Shown here in pieces: positions 10,860 through 20,355 of a stretch of 64,000 bases of DNA. Both the position numbers and the translations under genes were made by a program. The notes under the pieces were generated by a model, which was given only the letters and a program-made list of their open reading frames with translations, had not been told where the DNA came from and ran no database searches. The DNA is from Minisyncoccota bacterium (lineage in GTDB: Bacteria; Patescibacteriota; Minisyncoccia; UBA6257; 2-01-FULL-56-20): positions 58,732 through 122,731 of the forward strand of contig DATJLR010000001.1 in the NCBI GenBank assembly GCA_035509435.1, written 5' to 3'. Each line of letters begins with the position of its first letter. Positions within the stretch are counted from its first letter, which is position 1.

Positions 10860-10941
10860 GAATATATTGTATCACGCCGGTTGCTTTTCCCGTGGCAGTG
10901 CCGTATGGTAGAGGCAGTATGGATCTTAAAGGAGGTCCCTC

Positions 10942-11313
10942 GTGAAAGTTATCGAAATAAAAGGGAACGGCTATCGAAAGCTCCTCTTTACCGACCTGGG
11001 ACTTCCGGGAAACGAGGAGTTCAGCCTCTTTTTCTGGAACAACGGCGAAAGCCCGGCACATGATCACAGCGTGGACGAGATCACCTATGTGGTTTCGGGG
11101 ACGATCCGCGAATATCGGAGGAGGGCCGATGGCATCATCGTGTCACGTGCCTACGAGGCGGGCGAGCAATTCGACGTTCCTGCCGGCACCCAGCACGTCG
11201 TCAAATCGAAAGGCGCGGCAATCACAATCAATTTTTGCAAGGGAAAGCTCCAGATGAACATCCTGAAGAATTTTCCCTTGGAAAGTTTTCTCGCAGGAGT
11301 GCCGCGGCACTAG
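10942..11313 (+). CDS. Cupin-domain protein
   Basis: 123 aa with histidine motifs (HDHSVDE...H) of the cupin beta-barrel. Confidence 0.45.
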   Translation: MKVIEIKGNGYRKLLFTDLGLPGNEEFSLFFWNNGESPAHDHSVDEITYVVSGTIREYRRRADGIIVSRAYEAGEQFDVPAGTQHVVKSKGAAITINFCKGKLQMNILKNFPLESFLAGVPRH

Positions 11314-11393
11314 CCTTGCCTACCCGCAATCCCATCGCCTCGGCGCAATCATGCCCGGGGCGATCTTCTTTTCCTCTTTCATAACATGCACAA

Positions 11394-11430
11394 ACAAAAA
11401 CCCCCCTTCGATGAAGGGGGGTTTTGTTTG
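11394..11430. terminator. Bidirectional rho-independent terminator
   Basis: AAAAACCCCCCTTCGATGAAGGGGGGTTTTGTTTG: a GC hairpin flanked by A and T tracts, between convergent genes. Confidence 0.7.
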
Positions 11431-11435
11431 TGGCG

Positions 11436-11633
11436 CTATGCCCGGCTGACGTTCGTCGCGTACGGGCCTTTCTCGCCGTCGGCAACCTCGAAGGTGACGG
11501 CATCGCCGACCTTCAGGTCATCGAAGGCAACGCCATTCAACTCCTTGGAATGGAAAAAGAGGTCCTTCGCCTCGCCTTCGCGCGCGATAAAACCGAATCC
11601 ACGATCCGTAAGGGTCTTGATGGTTCCTTGCAT
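11436..11633 (-). CDS. cspA: Cold-shock protein (CspA family)
   Basis: 65 aa with GTIKTLTDRGFGFI...DLFFH (RNP1/RNP2 motifs). Confidence 0.9.
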   Translation of the reverse strand: MQGTIKTLTDRGFGFIAREGEAKDLFFHSKELNGVAFDDLKVGDAVTFEVADGEKGPYATNVSRA

Positions 11634-11749
11634 GATTGTAATTAGTATTGTTGCTTCTTCAGAAGTTCGACGACGTTTCTTTATGCCCCATAATAGTACG
11701 CCGGATGGGAAAATTTGTCAAGTGAGCGATGCGGCGCTCGGCGAATGGA

Positions 11750-13027
11750 TCACTTTCCTCCAGCATACATTGCGGCGATCTCCGCAGCGGACATGGCGCG
11801 GCCATACACGCGCACGTCGTCGATCAGCCCCGTAAACGGATTATCGCCGGCATATATCTTCCCGCCGATCGTCGTCGTCGTGAGCGCAACATTCGGAGTT
11901 GAAGGGGTGTACGACGCCTCGTAGACGCCGTTCACGTATCCACGCTCCGTGGAACCGTCGAACGTGACCGCGATATTGTTCCACCCGTTCACGATGTGGG
12001 TGGAATACCACGAAAGGTCGTTCCCCCAGAAATAGTTTACCAACTGGTTGCCGGAACCGCCGGTCCTTAAAACGTTCGTCGCGCTGCCGACGCCCACCGA
12101 TCCCCATCCCACAATGTCCGCCGTGTAGACCGTCGAGGTAATGCCGTTCGGAAGATACACCCACACCCACTTCGTGAACGGGGACGCGCCGACGGGGACG
12201 CTGCGATCGAACACGCTCACGGCGTCCAAACTTCCGTCGAAGGCTCCCGCGTAGAGGCCGATCTTTCCCGCCGAATAATATCCGCCCAGACTTCCGACCT
12301 GTGCGCCGCTCCAACTCCCCGTCGCGTTGTTGCCCGAATAATCATAGGCGATCGTGCCGGTCCCCTCGTCAAAGCTCCAATCTCCCGCAAGCGTAGGATC
12401 GCCGTAGTCCAGCGGCTCCAAGGCAAGATTGGTGCCCTTCGCATACACGGTCGCCAAGGCCGACCCGTCAGGGCCAACGACGTCATTGGATCCTCCCAGC
12501 TTATATTTCGACGACTCCATCACCGCCGTGAACTCATACTGGCCGTTGCTCGCCATATAAGTGTAATAATCCCGGGACGAAGAAGTGTTCACGGGATCGA
12601 TGGGCAGTGCCGAAAGCGGAGCGCCGCTCGATATCGATTGGAAGTTCACCGGGATCCACCCCGTGCCGTTCACGCTGCGATACGTGGAACTTGCCGCGCA
12701 ATGATAAGTGTAATTGGCAGGAAGCGCGAGAAGCCCCATAGTGCCGCAATTTGTCCCCGCCGTCGTCGTGGCGTTCGGGTCCGGAAGGGAAACATACACG
12801 ACGGAAGAAGACCCCAGGGAAAAGGCTGCCGCAGACGCCTGGTCTACGCTATATACATTCAACGCCTCTACCAATGTGCTCATATCGGAGATACGGCCAG
12901 AATCGCGGGATTGGGCAAGAAGCTGCGCGGGATTCAAGGTAAGCACGACCACGACAGCAAGTATGGCGATGATCGCGATGACAACCAAAAGCTCTATGAG
13001 AGTAAATCCCTTGCGAAAGGCGTCCAT
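11750..13027 (-). CDS. Type IV pilin / pseudopilin with a C-terminal LamG-like (concanavalin A-like) domain
   Basis: N-terminal prepilin signal RKG|FTLIELLVVIAIIAILA (class III signal with Glu at +5). C-terminal jelly-roll motif LIDDVRVYGRAMSAAEI. Confidence 0.75.
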   Translation of the reverse strand: MDAFRKGFTLIELLVVIAIIAILAVVVVLTLNPAQLLAQSRDSGRISDMSTLVEALNVYSVDQASAAAFSLGSSSVVYVSLPDPNATTTAGTNCGTMGLLALPANYTYHCAASSTYRSVNGTGWIPVNFQSISSGAPLSALPIDPVNTSSSRDYYTYMASNGQYEFTAVMESSKYKLGGSNDVVGPDGSALATVYAKGTNLALEPLDYGDPTLAGDWSFDEGTGTIAYDYSGNNATGSWSGAQVGSLGGYYSAGKIGLYAGAFDGSLDAVSVFDRSVPVGASPFTKWVWVYLPNGITSTVYTADIVGWGSVGVGSATNVLRTGGSGNQLVNYFWGNDLSWYSTHIVNGWNNIAVTFDGSTERGYVNGVYEASYTPSTPNVALTTTTIGGKIYAGDNPFTGLIDDVRVYGRAMSAAEIAAMYAGGK

Positions 13028-13074
13028 TTCCTAATGATAACAAATCGGTTTCGGGGTAAGATTAAGATAACGAT

Positions 13075-14352
13075 ATGGCGAAATTCGGGCGGAAGACCAA
13101 GAAGATCCTCAAGCTCATGGGGCCGGGGCTCATCACGGGCGCGGCGGATGACGATCCGTCGGGCATTGCCACCTACACCCAGACCGGCGCGCAGTTCGGC
13201 TACGGGCAGCTCTGGGCGGCGCTCTATCTGCTTCCTTTCATGGTGGCGATCCAGGAAGCATGCGCGCGCATCGGCGCCGTGACGGGCAAAGGCATCGCGG
13301 CCGTCGCCAAAGAAAATTACAGCAAAAAGGTCCTGTACTGCCTCCTTGCGCTCGTGCTCGTTGCGAATACGATCAACATCGGCGCGGACCTTGGCGCCAT
13401 GGGCGCGGCGGCACACCTTATCATCCCGCTGAACTTCACCATCCTTACGCTTTTCTTCACCGCGCTCATCCTCTTGCTTGAGATATTTATGTCGTACAAA
13501 ACGTACGCGAAGGTACTGAAGTGGCTCGCGCTCGTCCTGCTCTCCTATCCGCTCACTGCGTTCCTCGTTTCCGAGCCGTGGGGAACGATCCTGCGCGCCA
13601 CCGTGCTCCCGCACATACAGCTTTCGTTCTCGTTCCTCTTTATTATTACCGGCGTCTTGGGCACCACCATTTCGCCATACATGTTCTTTTGGGAAGCATC
13701 GGACGAGGTTGAGGAAGAAAAAGAAAAGCGGATGATCAAGGACGGCGTCGCGAAGCCCACCAAATCCTTCATGCGCCGGCTGCGATGGGACAACTTCCTC
13801 GGCATGCTGTCATCCGAGATCGCCACGTGGTGCATCATCGTCGTCGCGGCAACGGTGTTGAACACCCATGGCGTCACGAACGTGGCAACGGCTGCGGACG
13901 GCGCGAAGGCGCTGGAGCCGCTCGTGCAAAGCTTCCCCGACGCCGGCCTTATCGCAAAATGGCTCTTTGCGATCGGCATCATCGGGCTCGGCCTGCTCGC
14001 CGTACCGGTGCTCTCTGCCAGCGCCTCGTATGCACTTTCCGAAACGCTCAATTGGCGCGAAGGGCTGAATTTAAAATTGAAGCGTGCGCATGGATTCTAC
14101 GGCGTGATAACGATCGCGACGATCGTCGGCCTCATGATCAACTTCGTAGGGATCAATCCGATCAAGGCGCTCGTCTACACCGCGGTCTTCAATGGCATCG
14201 CGGCGGTGCCGCTCATCTTCATCATTGCCCGCATGGCCGCGAGCGAGAAGATCATGGGCGAACACAAGAGCGGCTGGCTCTCCAGTGTGTTCGTCTGGGC
14301 GACATTTGCACTCATGGCCGCTGCCGCGATCGCGATGTTCGCGACGCTTTAG
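13075..14352 (+). CDS. mntH: NRAMP-family divalent metal (Mn2+/Fe2+) transporter
   Basis: 425 aa with GPGLITGAADDDPSGIATYTQTGAQFGY, the NRAMP consensus, and about 11 TM helices. Confidence 0.8.
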   Translation: MAKFGRKTKKILKLMGPGLITGAADDDPSGIATYTQTGAQFGYGQLWAALYLLPFMVAIQEACARIGAVTGKGIAAVAKENYSKKVLYCLLALVLVANTINIGADLGAMGAAAHLIIPLNFTILTLFFTALILLLEIFMSYKTYAKVLKWLALVLLSYPLTAFLVSEPWGTILRATVLPHIQLSFSFLFIITGVLGTTISPYMFFWEASDEVEEEKEKRMIKDGVAKPTKSFMRRLRWDNFLGMLSSEIATWCIIVVAATVLNTHGVTNVATAADGAKALEPLVQSFPDAGLIAKWLFAIGIIGLGLLAVPVLSASASYALSETLNWREGLNLKLKRAHGFYGVITIATIVGLMINFVGINPIKALVYTAVFNGIAAVPLIFIIARMAASEKIMGEHKSGWLSSVFVWATFALMAAAAIAMFATL

Positions 14353-15836
14353 ATTTTATAGATCGGATGCACCTCTATCGGCAGATCCGCGAACCGCGCC
14401 ACCATGCCGGGGATCTCCGGCGCGACAAAACCCCACCGCTTCACGAATGCCGCCGCTTTTTCATAATCTCCCTCCATCTGCAATTTTAAAAATTCTTCGC
14501 TGAGCGCGATCATCGCCGTGAGGGCCTTCTCCGGATCGATATCGAATATGCCGTTCGCTTCATCGTAGCGCACCGCGCCCCGATCTTTCAGCCAGTTGTA
14601 TTCGATGAGCGAGCCGGCGGAATGTGCTTCCGTGTAGCTTGCGCGCCATCCCACCACCAAGCTCGCGATCTCATATATCGCACAACCCTCAAGTTCCTCG
14701 CGGCTCACCAATCCATCCTTGGAGAGGCGGTCAAGCAACGCGACGCCAAGCATGTCGGCCTTCGCTTCCTCAAGCATCAGGTGAAGGTCTTTCAGCAAGG
14801 CCTCGAAGCTTACCTCCCTGCCGTTCACATTCCGCGTGCCGGGCCCGACGCCGTGCGCGAGCTCATGGCCCAGCACAAACAGCATGCGTTGGCGCCATTC
14901 GCATCGCTTGAACGCTTCGGGGCTCAGCAACCGCTCCGCAATGGGATGCGTAAGGGTGTAAAATTTCGCCTCCATCATCGTGCGCGAGAAAACTTTCTTG
15001 GATCCCTTTTCTTCGTGGATCTTGCGGTTGTTGGGAAGATTGTATGCCACGAACTGCCTGCCGAACGCCGCCTCGCCGCCGCGATACACGTCGCGCACGA
15101 TCTCGAGCGGCGTGGCGCCGCCTTTCGGCTTGTATCCCAACCGTGCGGCGAGCGCCGCGTCGAACTCCGGCACCACGGCGGCGAATTTTTGGATGTCGGC
15201 CGTGGCCTCGGCGTCCGGCAGGGCGACAAATCCTTCAAACGTCGCCTTCAGCCCGAACAAGCCGTCGGCATAGACCTCGTACGGCCCGATCGTGACCTCG
15301 AACGGCGTGCCGTCCGTATCGATCCACGCCATATCGCTGTCCCAGTAGTCGTTTGAACGGAACGCGGCCGCGCGGAGCGCAAGAAATTTCTTGAGCGGGC
15401 CATCGGATAATGCGCGCGCCGCCGCCTCGAGCTCCCGCGCGGCTTCTTCCAGGTGATCCTTATATGCCTCGCTGTACGGCACCGCAATGAGCGCGCCAGG
15501 CGTGCCGTCAGCCGCACCCGCGGCGCGCTTTATTATAGTGTAAGGGCTCTCGAGCGCCGCGCGGTCTTCTGCGGAAGCGCCAGCCAGCCGCGTTTCCCAT
15601 TCCTCCACCGTCATGTCCGCCGGATAGAACGCCCCCGCCTTCGGCTTCGCGGCCGCGCCCGGCACGAACGGCTTGTCTTCGTCAAAGCCGTCCCATGGGC
15701 CGCCGTTCACCTCAAAATATTTCGCGAGGTCGCGGCCTTCGTTGTCGGTGCGCGCGGCAAGCGAAGCGCGCATGCCGGGCAACGATGGATCCATCTGTTC
15801 CAAATAAATATCCGTCATGATCTCCGCCGCGCGCAC
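14349..15836 (-). CDS. M49-family (dipeptidyl-peptidase III-like) zinc metallopeptidase
   Basis: HELAHGVG (HExxGH-type) and EEAKAD (cf. EECRAE) zinc-binding motifs. Length 495 aa, typical of bacterial DPP3 homologs. Confidence 0.5.
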   Translation of the reverse strand: MRAAEIMTDIYLEQMDPSLPGMRASLAARTDNEGRDLAKYFEVNGGPWDGFDEDKPFVPGAAAKPKAGAFYPADMTVEEWETRLAGASAEDRAALESPYTIIKRAAGAADGTPGALIAVPYSEAYKDHLEEAARELEAAARALSDGPLKKFLALRAAAFRSNDYWDSDMAWIDTDGTPFEVTIGPYEVYADGLFGLKATFEGFVALPDAEATADIQKFAAVVPEFDAALAARLGYKPKGGATPLEIVRDVYRGGEAAFGRQFVAYNLPNNRKIHEEKGSKKVFSRTMMEAKFYTLTHPIAERLLSPEAFKRCEWRQRMLFVLGHELAHGVGPGTRNVNGREVSFEALLKDLHLMLEEAKADMLGVALLDRLSKDGLVSREELEGCAIYEIASLVVGWRASYTEAHSAGSLIEYNWLKDRGAVRYDEANGIFDIDPEKALTAMIALSEEFLKLQMEGDYEKAAAFVKRWGFVAPEIPGMVARFADLPIEVHPIYKI

Positions 15837-15982
15837 GCAATGGCGCAGCGCCTCGCGTTCCGCGTCGGAAAGCCCGGAGAGATCCTGGCCTACAATGAAT
15901 TTTTAATATCCATGCAAGTAATCCAATTATAACAGGAGAAAATAAAAAGCGAGGCACTATCGGATTCGTGCCGGGCGACCCG

Positions 15983-16489
15983 CTATCCCCGCTTTCCCTG
16001 TCTCGCGACAAAGTGGAAACTTGTGTACGAAAGATATGCGGCGACGATGACGCCCACCCAGCTGACCCACATGGGCGCCACCCAGCCGTCGATCGCCACC
16101 GACCACCCGAACACCAGGCGGAGGAAATGGACGATCGCGACGATGCCCATGATGATGCCGACCACGAAGAACAACGCCTTGCTCGACGCATGCGGTTCCA
16201 GGATGTCCGGCGTCCATGCGTAATGGATGAGGATAAGGAGCACGAGCGCATCAAGTCCGCACCACAGCCACGCCGACTGCGTGGTGATCCAAAGGCCAAA
16301 GACGGTCGCGGGCAACGAGCCCGCCGCCAAAAGCCAGAGTCCCACAAACAGGTCTGCCGCAACGACCCCCGCAAAAAACTTCGCCGCCTCGCGAAGGAAT
16401 TTAGTGTGTTTGGTCATGCTTTTAGTATAACAAAATGGCCCCGCCGAAATCGACGGGGCCACTGCAAAAAAGGAGCATTCAGGGGTCAA
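15983..16489 (-). CDS. Hypothetical polytopic membrane protein. The start is probably the internal M at about 16417.
   Basis: Four hydrophobic helices and no recognizable motif. Confidence 0.35.
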   Translation of the reverse strand: MTPECSFFAVAPSISAGPFCYTKSMTKHTKFLREAAKFFAGVVAADLFVGLWLLAAGSLPATVFGLWITTQSAWLWCGLDALVLLILIHYAWTPDILEPHASSKALFFVVGIIMGIVAIVHFLRLVFGWSVAIDGWVAPMWVSWVGVIVAAYLSYTSFHFVARQGKRG

Positions 16490-17250
16490 TCACTTTTGTG
16501 ATATTTGTTGACGTACCTCACCATCGATTGGCGGGTTTCCCGATCAATGAACTTCACGGCGATCGCGACGCGGTTATCTTCGCTGAGGGATTGCCACAGC
16601 CCACCGAGAACATCCGTCGCGACGCCATCATAGAACGGAATCAGGCGAGGTTCGCCGCGAAACGTGGTCGGTTCCTTCGCATCCCATTCATAAGTGGTGA
16701 TGCAATAACCGTATCCCGGCGGAAGCTCGTCGTAGAACCAGTAGCCGACGTCACACCCGTCGCCCGTTGGGGATTTGCGATGGATCGCGATCTCCGCAAA
16801 GGGCAGGTTGTCGCGAGTGCGGACGCCGCATGTAGCAGTGATGCGCGGGGTATAGATCGGTGAGTCCGGTTCATACGACATATCCCGCAGGGCATTCATG
16901 AGGACACCGTAATACCGTCCTGCGATCATGTCGGTCTGACTGCCGTTGCTCACCACAAACGCGCCTTTGTCCTGTAGCATCGCGTTATAGATGATCAACC
17001 TGGGATCTTCCACCTTTGAAGGATCGGCGGGTTCGGTGAACAAGCGCCCGGTCCGCGCCTCAAGTTCGAACACCCTGTTGCGGCTGTTCGAAGAGCGTCC
17101 CATGATCCAGTACACCTGGATCACATTTCGCCCCGTGGAATCGAGCCCAACCACGAGCCCCCTTCCGGGATATCGGCTCGCGCGCAGGGCCATAAAATTG
17201 GCGGTTGCCTCTGTGAGCAATGTCACTGCATCTCCTTTCCGGCAAAGCAT
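16486..17250 (-). CDS. Archaeal-type IMP cyclohydrolase PurO-like protein
   Basis: Motif-level match to PurO (PF07826, named from memory): VVSNGSQTDMIA, EPDSPIYTPRITA, ITTYEW. Confidence 0.55.
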   Translation of the reverse strand: MLCRKGDAVTLLTEATANFMALRASRYPGRGLVVGLDSTGRNVIQVYWIMGRSSNSRNRVFELEARTGRLFTEPADPSKVEDPRLIIYNAMLQDKGAFVVSNGSQTDMIAGRYYGVLMNALRDMSYEPDSPIYTPRITATCGVRTRDNLPFAEIAIHRKSPTGDGCDVGYWFYDELPPGYGYCITTYEWDAKEPTTFRGEPRLIPFYDGVATDVLGGLWQSLSEDNRVAIAVKFIDRETRQSMVRYVNKYHKSD

Positions 17251-17321
17251 TTACTGCGCTCTTTATATATCATTTGCCCGCTATTGTCCATCTACAAATA
17301 ATTATTGCTATCATTAGTATC

Positions 17322-17927
17322 ATGAAAGTCCACTTTGTCGGCATCGCGGGAGGAAGCGGCTCCGGAAAATCGACGCTCTGCTTCAATCTCCTCGACAAAT
17401 ATCCCAAGAAGATCTCCATTCTCCACTTCGACGACTATCAAAAGAAGCGCGTGGAGGTGCCGCAGGTAAACGGCATGGCCAACTGGGACCACCCCGACGC
17501 CATCCGCTGGGAAAAACTGATAGAAGATCTTGGAGACCTGCGCGATGGCAAGCCGATCACCGTTGCCACCATGAACGAACGCGACAATCCGCAGTATGGC
17601 AGTGCGCGGGAACGCATTGAGATCGAAGTGGCGCCAAAGCCGATCGTCCTCGTTGAAGGATATCTTGCGCTGTATCATCCCGAGGTCCGGGCGTTCTTTG
17701 ATCTCATGATCTATCTCGACGCATCCCACGATGAGCGGATGGCGAGGAGGACAAAATCACTGAATCCCGATTATGTGGCCCAGATTCTCACGCCGATGCA
17801 CAAAGAATACGTGGAGCCGACCAAGCACCATGCGCACGTTATAGATGTTTCGGGCAAAACGGCGGCACAGGTGCTCGAAGAGGCGGAGACGTTGATAATC
17901 AAGCCGCACGGAGACCATGGGGCGTGA
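17322..17927 (+). CDS. Uridine kinase-like P-loop nucleoside/nucleotide kinase
   Basis: MKVHFVGIAGGSGSGKST (Walker A), HFDDYQK and YLDASHDER match the Udk/PRK-family pattern. The start is the internal M of the listed ORF. Confidence 0.55.
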   Translation: MKVHFVGIAGGSGSGKSTLCFNLLDKYPKKISILHFDDYQKKRVEVPQVNGMANWDHPDAIRWEKLIEDLGDLRDGKPITVATMNERDNPQYGSARERIEIEVAPKPIVLVEGYLALYHPEVRAFFDLMIYLDASHDERMARRTKSLNPDYVAQILTPMHKEYVEPTKHHAHVIDVSGKTAAQVLEEAETLIIKPHGDHGA

Positions 17928-17952
17928 TTGCGCTTGAAAGGTACCGGCGCAT

Positions 17953-17979
17953 TGACGTTTTCATAAAATTGGATATAAT
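17953..17979 (+). promoter_or_regulatory. Sigma70-like promoter (TTGACG, 15 nt, TATAAT) upstream of the 18018 gene
   Basis: TTGACG at 17953 and TATAAT at 17974, followed by AGGAGG 8 nt upstream of the ATG at 18018. Confidence 0.4.
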
Positions 17980-18017
17980 CAAGCCAGATTTTTCGCAGTC
18001 TATTTTTCAGAAGGAGG

Positions 18018-18677
18018 ATGGCCATGGTCATCTTCAAAAAGAAGAAGCACTTCAGGCCCTTTCGGGAAAGGGTAAGGCGCGGAGCTGAAACAGCCCTCAA
18101 GTGCCTCGTCCTGTTCTCCGGGCCAACCTTCGTCGGGGGACTCGCCGGCATCGCATGGTATTTTGCCCCTTTCCGGCACGATCTCCATGTTGATGACGGA
18201 ACCCGTGACATCATTGTCCACGCAGTCTTGCCGATCCTCGGCATGGCGTACTCGATAATTGTGGGCGTGAGCGCTCTTGCAACGCCGTGGACGAAATACA
18301 TGGAGATGCGCATCGCCGTCAAACATTACGACGTTGACGTCTACATGGACAACGAAGACGAGGAACTCTCCCCTCTTATTCACGGGATCGTGGGAACGCT
18401 TGCGGTGGCGATGATGCTATCGTTCATGGTGTTGCCTTACGAGTCGGCGACTGGAGGGTTTTCCATCGTCTTCGGCGTTGCATTCGTCCTCGCGCTCATG
18501 TACTTCGTAGTGCGACAGATCGACAATCCAAGTACAGGCCTGTGGTATATCAAAGGGACACCTCCCGAATGGGAGGGTGTCGATCCCACGAAGTACCGCG
18601 AGGAGCGGTGCCGGGCAGCGCGGGAGGCGTTCATCAAAAAGAACGGCGGCACCGCAAAGCCGGAAAAAACGGCCTAG
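18018..18677 (+). CDS. Hypothetical membrane protein
   Basis: 219 aa with 4 TM helices and a strong RBS (GAAGGAGG). Confidence 0.45.
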   Translation: MAMVIFKKKKHFRPFRERVRRGAETALKCLVLFSGPTFVGGLAGIAWYFAPFRHDLHVDDGTRDIIVHAVLPILGMAYSIIVGVSALATPWTKYMEMRIAVKHYDVDVYMDNEDEELSPLIHGIVGTLAVAMMLSFMVLPYESATGGFSIVFGVAFVLALMYFVVRQIDNPSTGLWYIKGTPPEWEGVDPTKYREERCRAAREAFIKKNGGTAKPEKTA

Positions 18678-18712
18678 CGACAAGAATGGAAAAATTAAAA
18701 TCGGTAGTAGAT

Positions 18713-18742
18713 GGGCCGAGCAGTAATGCTCGGCTCTTTTTT
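18713..18742 (+). terminator. Rho-independent terminator
   Basis: GCCGAGCAGTAATGCTCGGC followed by TCTTTTTT. Confidence 0.65.
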
Positions 18743-18838
18743 CTATTGACCGGCGCGCACTTAATTCCCTTTCTTTATAAGCTTTACAATAATCCCTTAG
18801 ATAAGTACGATGATTGCAGTAATCTGGAGGTGCTATTT

Positions 18839-19186
18839 ATGTTCTCTCAAATGAAATCCCGGAAGCGCCAGGGCGGCGACAGCGAGACCTTCGCCAGGGA
18901 ACAACTCTCGAACATGGTCGCGCGCAAAATAGGCGGCGAGCTCAAAGAGGTCACATTCAAAGCCGGAGAGGAGGACCAAGGAGAAAACAGCAGGATCCGC
19001 AATTTCCTCCTCGAAGGAACGTACGGAACGAGGTCGGTGGCCGAGATCGCATTTCGCGGAACATTAGAGATGTTCAGAGGCAAAAACAAGCCCTGGAGCA
19101 CGGGGCTGGTCGGAATTTCCTTTCATGTAAATCCCGACCATCCGATCACATTCCACACGAGAGAGGGGCGTGTCATCCCCGAATGA
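18839..19186 (+). CDS. Hypothetical protein (about 115 aa)
   Basis: ATG preceded by GGAGGTG. Lies in frame within the listed ORF 18542..19186. Confidence 0.4.
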   Translation: MFSQMKSRKRQGGDSETFAREQLSNMVARKIGGELKEVTFKAGEEDQGENSRIRNFLLEGTYGTRSVAEIAFRGTLEMFRGKNKPWSTGLVGISFHVNPDHPITFHTREGRVIPE

Positions 19187-19194
19187 CGCCATTG

Positions 19195-19243
19195 CCCCGC
19201 GATAGAAAGGCCCCGCGCCTGCTATCCGCGGGGTTTTTCTTTT
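19195..19243 (+). terminator. Rho-independent terminator
   Basis: CCCCGCGATAG...CTATCCGCGGGG followed by TTTTTCTTTT. Confidence 0.65.
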
Positions 19244-19256
19244 ATTGAGCGTCCCC

Positions 19257-19285
19257 TTGACTCATTGCTAAAAGTGGTGTATAAT
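19257..19285 (+). promoter_or_regulatory. Consensus sigma70 promoter (TTGACT, 17 nt, TATAAT)
   Basis: Near-perfect -35 (TTGACT) and perfect -10 with a 17-nt spacer, followed by RBS AAGAGGGAGG before the ATG at 19347. Confidence 0.65.
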
Positions 19286-19346
19286 CTACTCGGAACCGTA
19301 GAGGTTTTCTGCGAATTACAACTTCAAAAAAGAGGGAGGTAAAGAA

Positions 19347-19973
19347 ATGACGAGCGATAGGCAGGCCCCCACCAATACCACCGAGGCGACAAAGAGGAAT
19401 CCAGCAGGATTTCTGCTCGACGCCCTCGTGGTCGGATCGAGCAACGCGATTGAACTCCAGGTATCCCAGGGCCAGCGCGAGCTGGTGAACAGCACCACCC
19501 TTCCAACCCAGATGGGCGGTTGCAGGGATTACGACACGAAAAAAATCCTCGAAGCCGCCGGCGTCAAGTTCGGTGAAGTCGTGGAGGACGACGACCTGTT
19601 CCAATACGTGGAACTTCCGGCAGGATGGAAGAAAGTCTCCACTGATCACTCCATGCATTCGAACCTGGTCGACGACAAGGGTCGGGTGCGGGCGCGGATC
19701 TTCTACAAGGCGGCTTTCTACGACCGCAGAGCCGACCTGCAGTCGGAACGTCGGTTCGGAGCCAGCGTTGACTACGGGCGGCGCGAAAAAGAAGGAGTTG
19801 CCGTCGCGAACGTCACGGATTGCGGCAAGGTCATCTACTCCACCGAACCGGTCAAGCTGCCGGACGACGACCGAAAGAGTTACGAGGCGAGCGACAAGGC
19901 CCAGGCGGCTGCGTTCAAGTGGCTCGACAAGCACTATCCCGACTGGCGCAATCCCGGCGCATACTGGGATTAG
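19347..19973 (+). CDS. Hypothetical protein (208 aa)
   Basis: Strong promoter, RBS and downstream terminator. No recognizable motif. Confidence 0.55.
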   Translation: MTSDRQAPTNTTEATKRNPAGFLLDALVVGSSNAIELQVSQGQRELVNSTTLPTQMGGCRDYDTKKILEAAGVKFGEVVEDDDLFQYVELPAGWKKVSTDHSMHSNLVDDKGRVRARIFYKAAFYDRRADLQSERRFGASVDYGRREKEGVAVANVTDCGKVIYSTEPVKLPDDDRKSYEASDKAQAAAFKWLDKHYPDWRNPGAYWD

Positions 19974-20002
19974 CCAGCCCTCTGTACAAGTAAGGCCCCT
20001 AG

Positions 20003-20039
20003 GCGGCGATTTGCTTCACAGCAATCGCCGTCTTTTTTT
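20003..20039 (+). terminator. Rho-independent terminator
   Basis: GGCGATTGC-TTCACA-GCAATCGCC followed by GTCTTTTTTT. Confidence 0.7.
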
Positions 20040-20355
20040 GAGCGGATACACTCCTGGACATCGTGGAAGGCAAACCACACGTTCAACTCGCAGGGGTTGT
20101 TATTCCAACCCAACGCGATCGCATTGCCGCGGCAAACTCGATCCTTAAATGGGATACCGCGATGCTTTTCGTAGAGGCGCAGCTCAACATGATCGAAAGC
20201 CCCCAGACGATCGAGAAAAAACGGACGCGGGCCGTGATGCTCGTGGACGAAATTTCTGAAACGCGACACCTGAACCCTGCCCTAAAACACCCTCGAGCAG
20301 CACGTCGCTCTGCACGCCGACAACAAATGCAAAATCAGCCAGCACAAACTACCCC

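Noticed and set aside
19242-19934. 230-aa minus-strand ORF overlapping the 19347..19973 gene
   Set aside because: The plus-strand gene has a consensus promoter, a strong RBS and a terminator. The minus frame has none.
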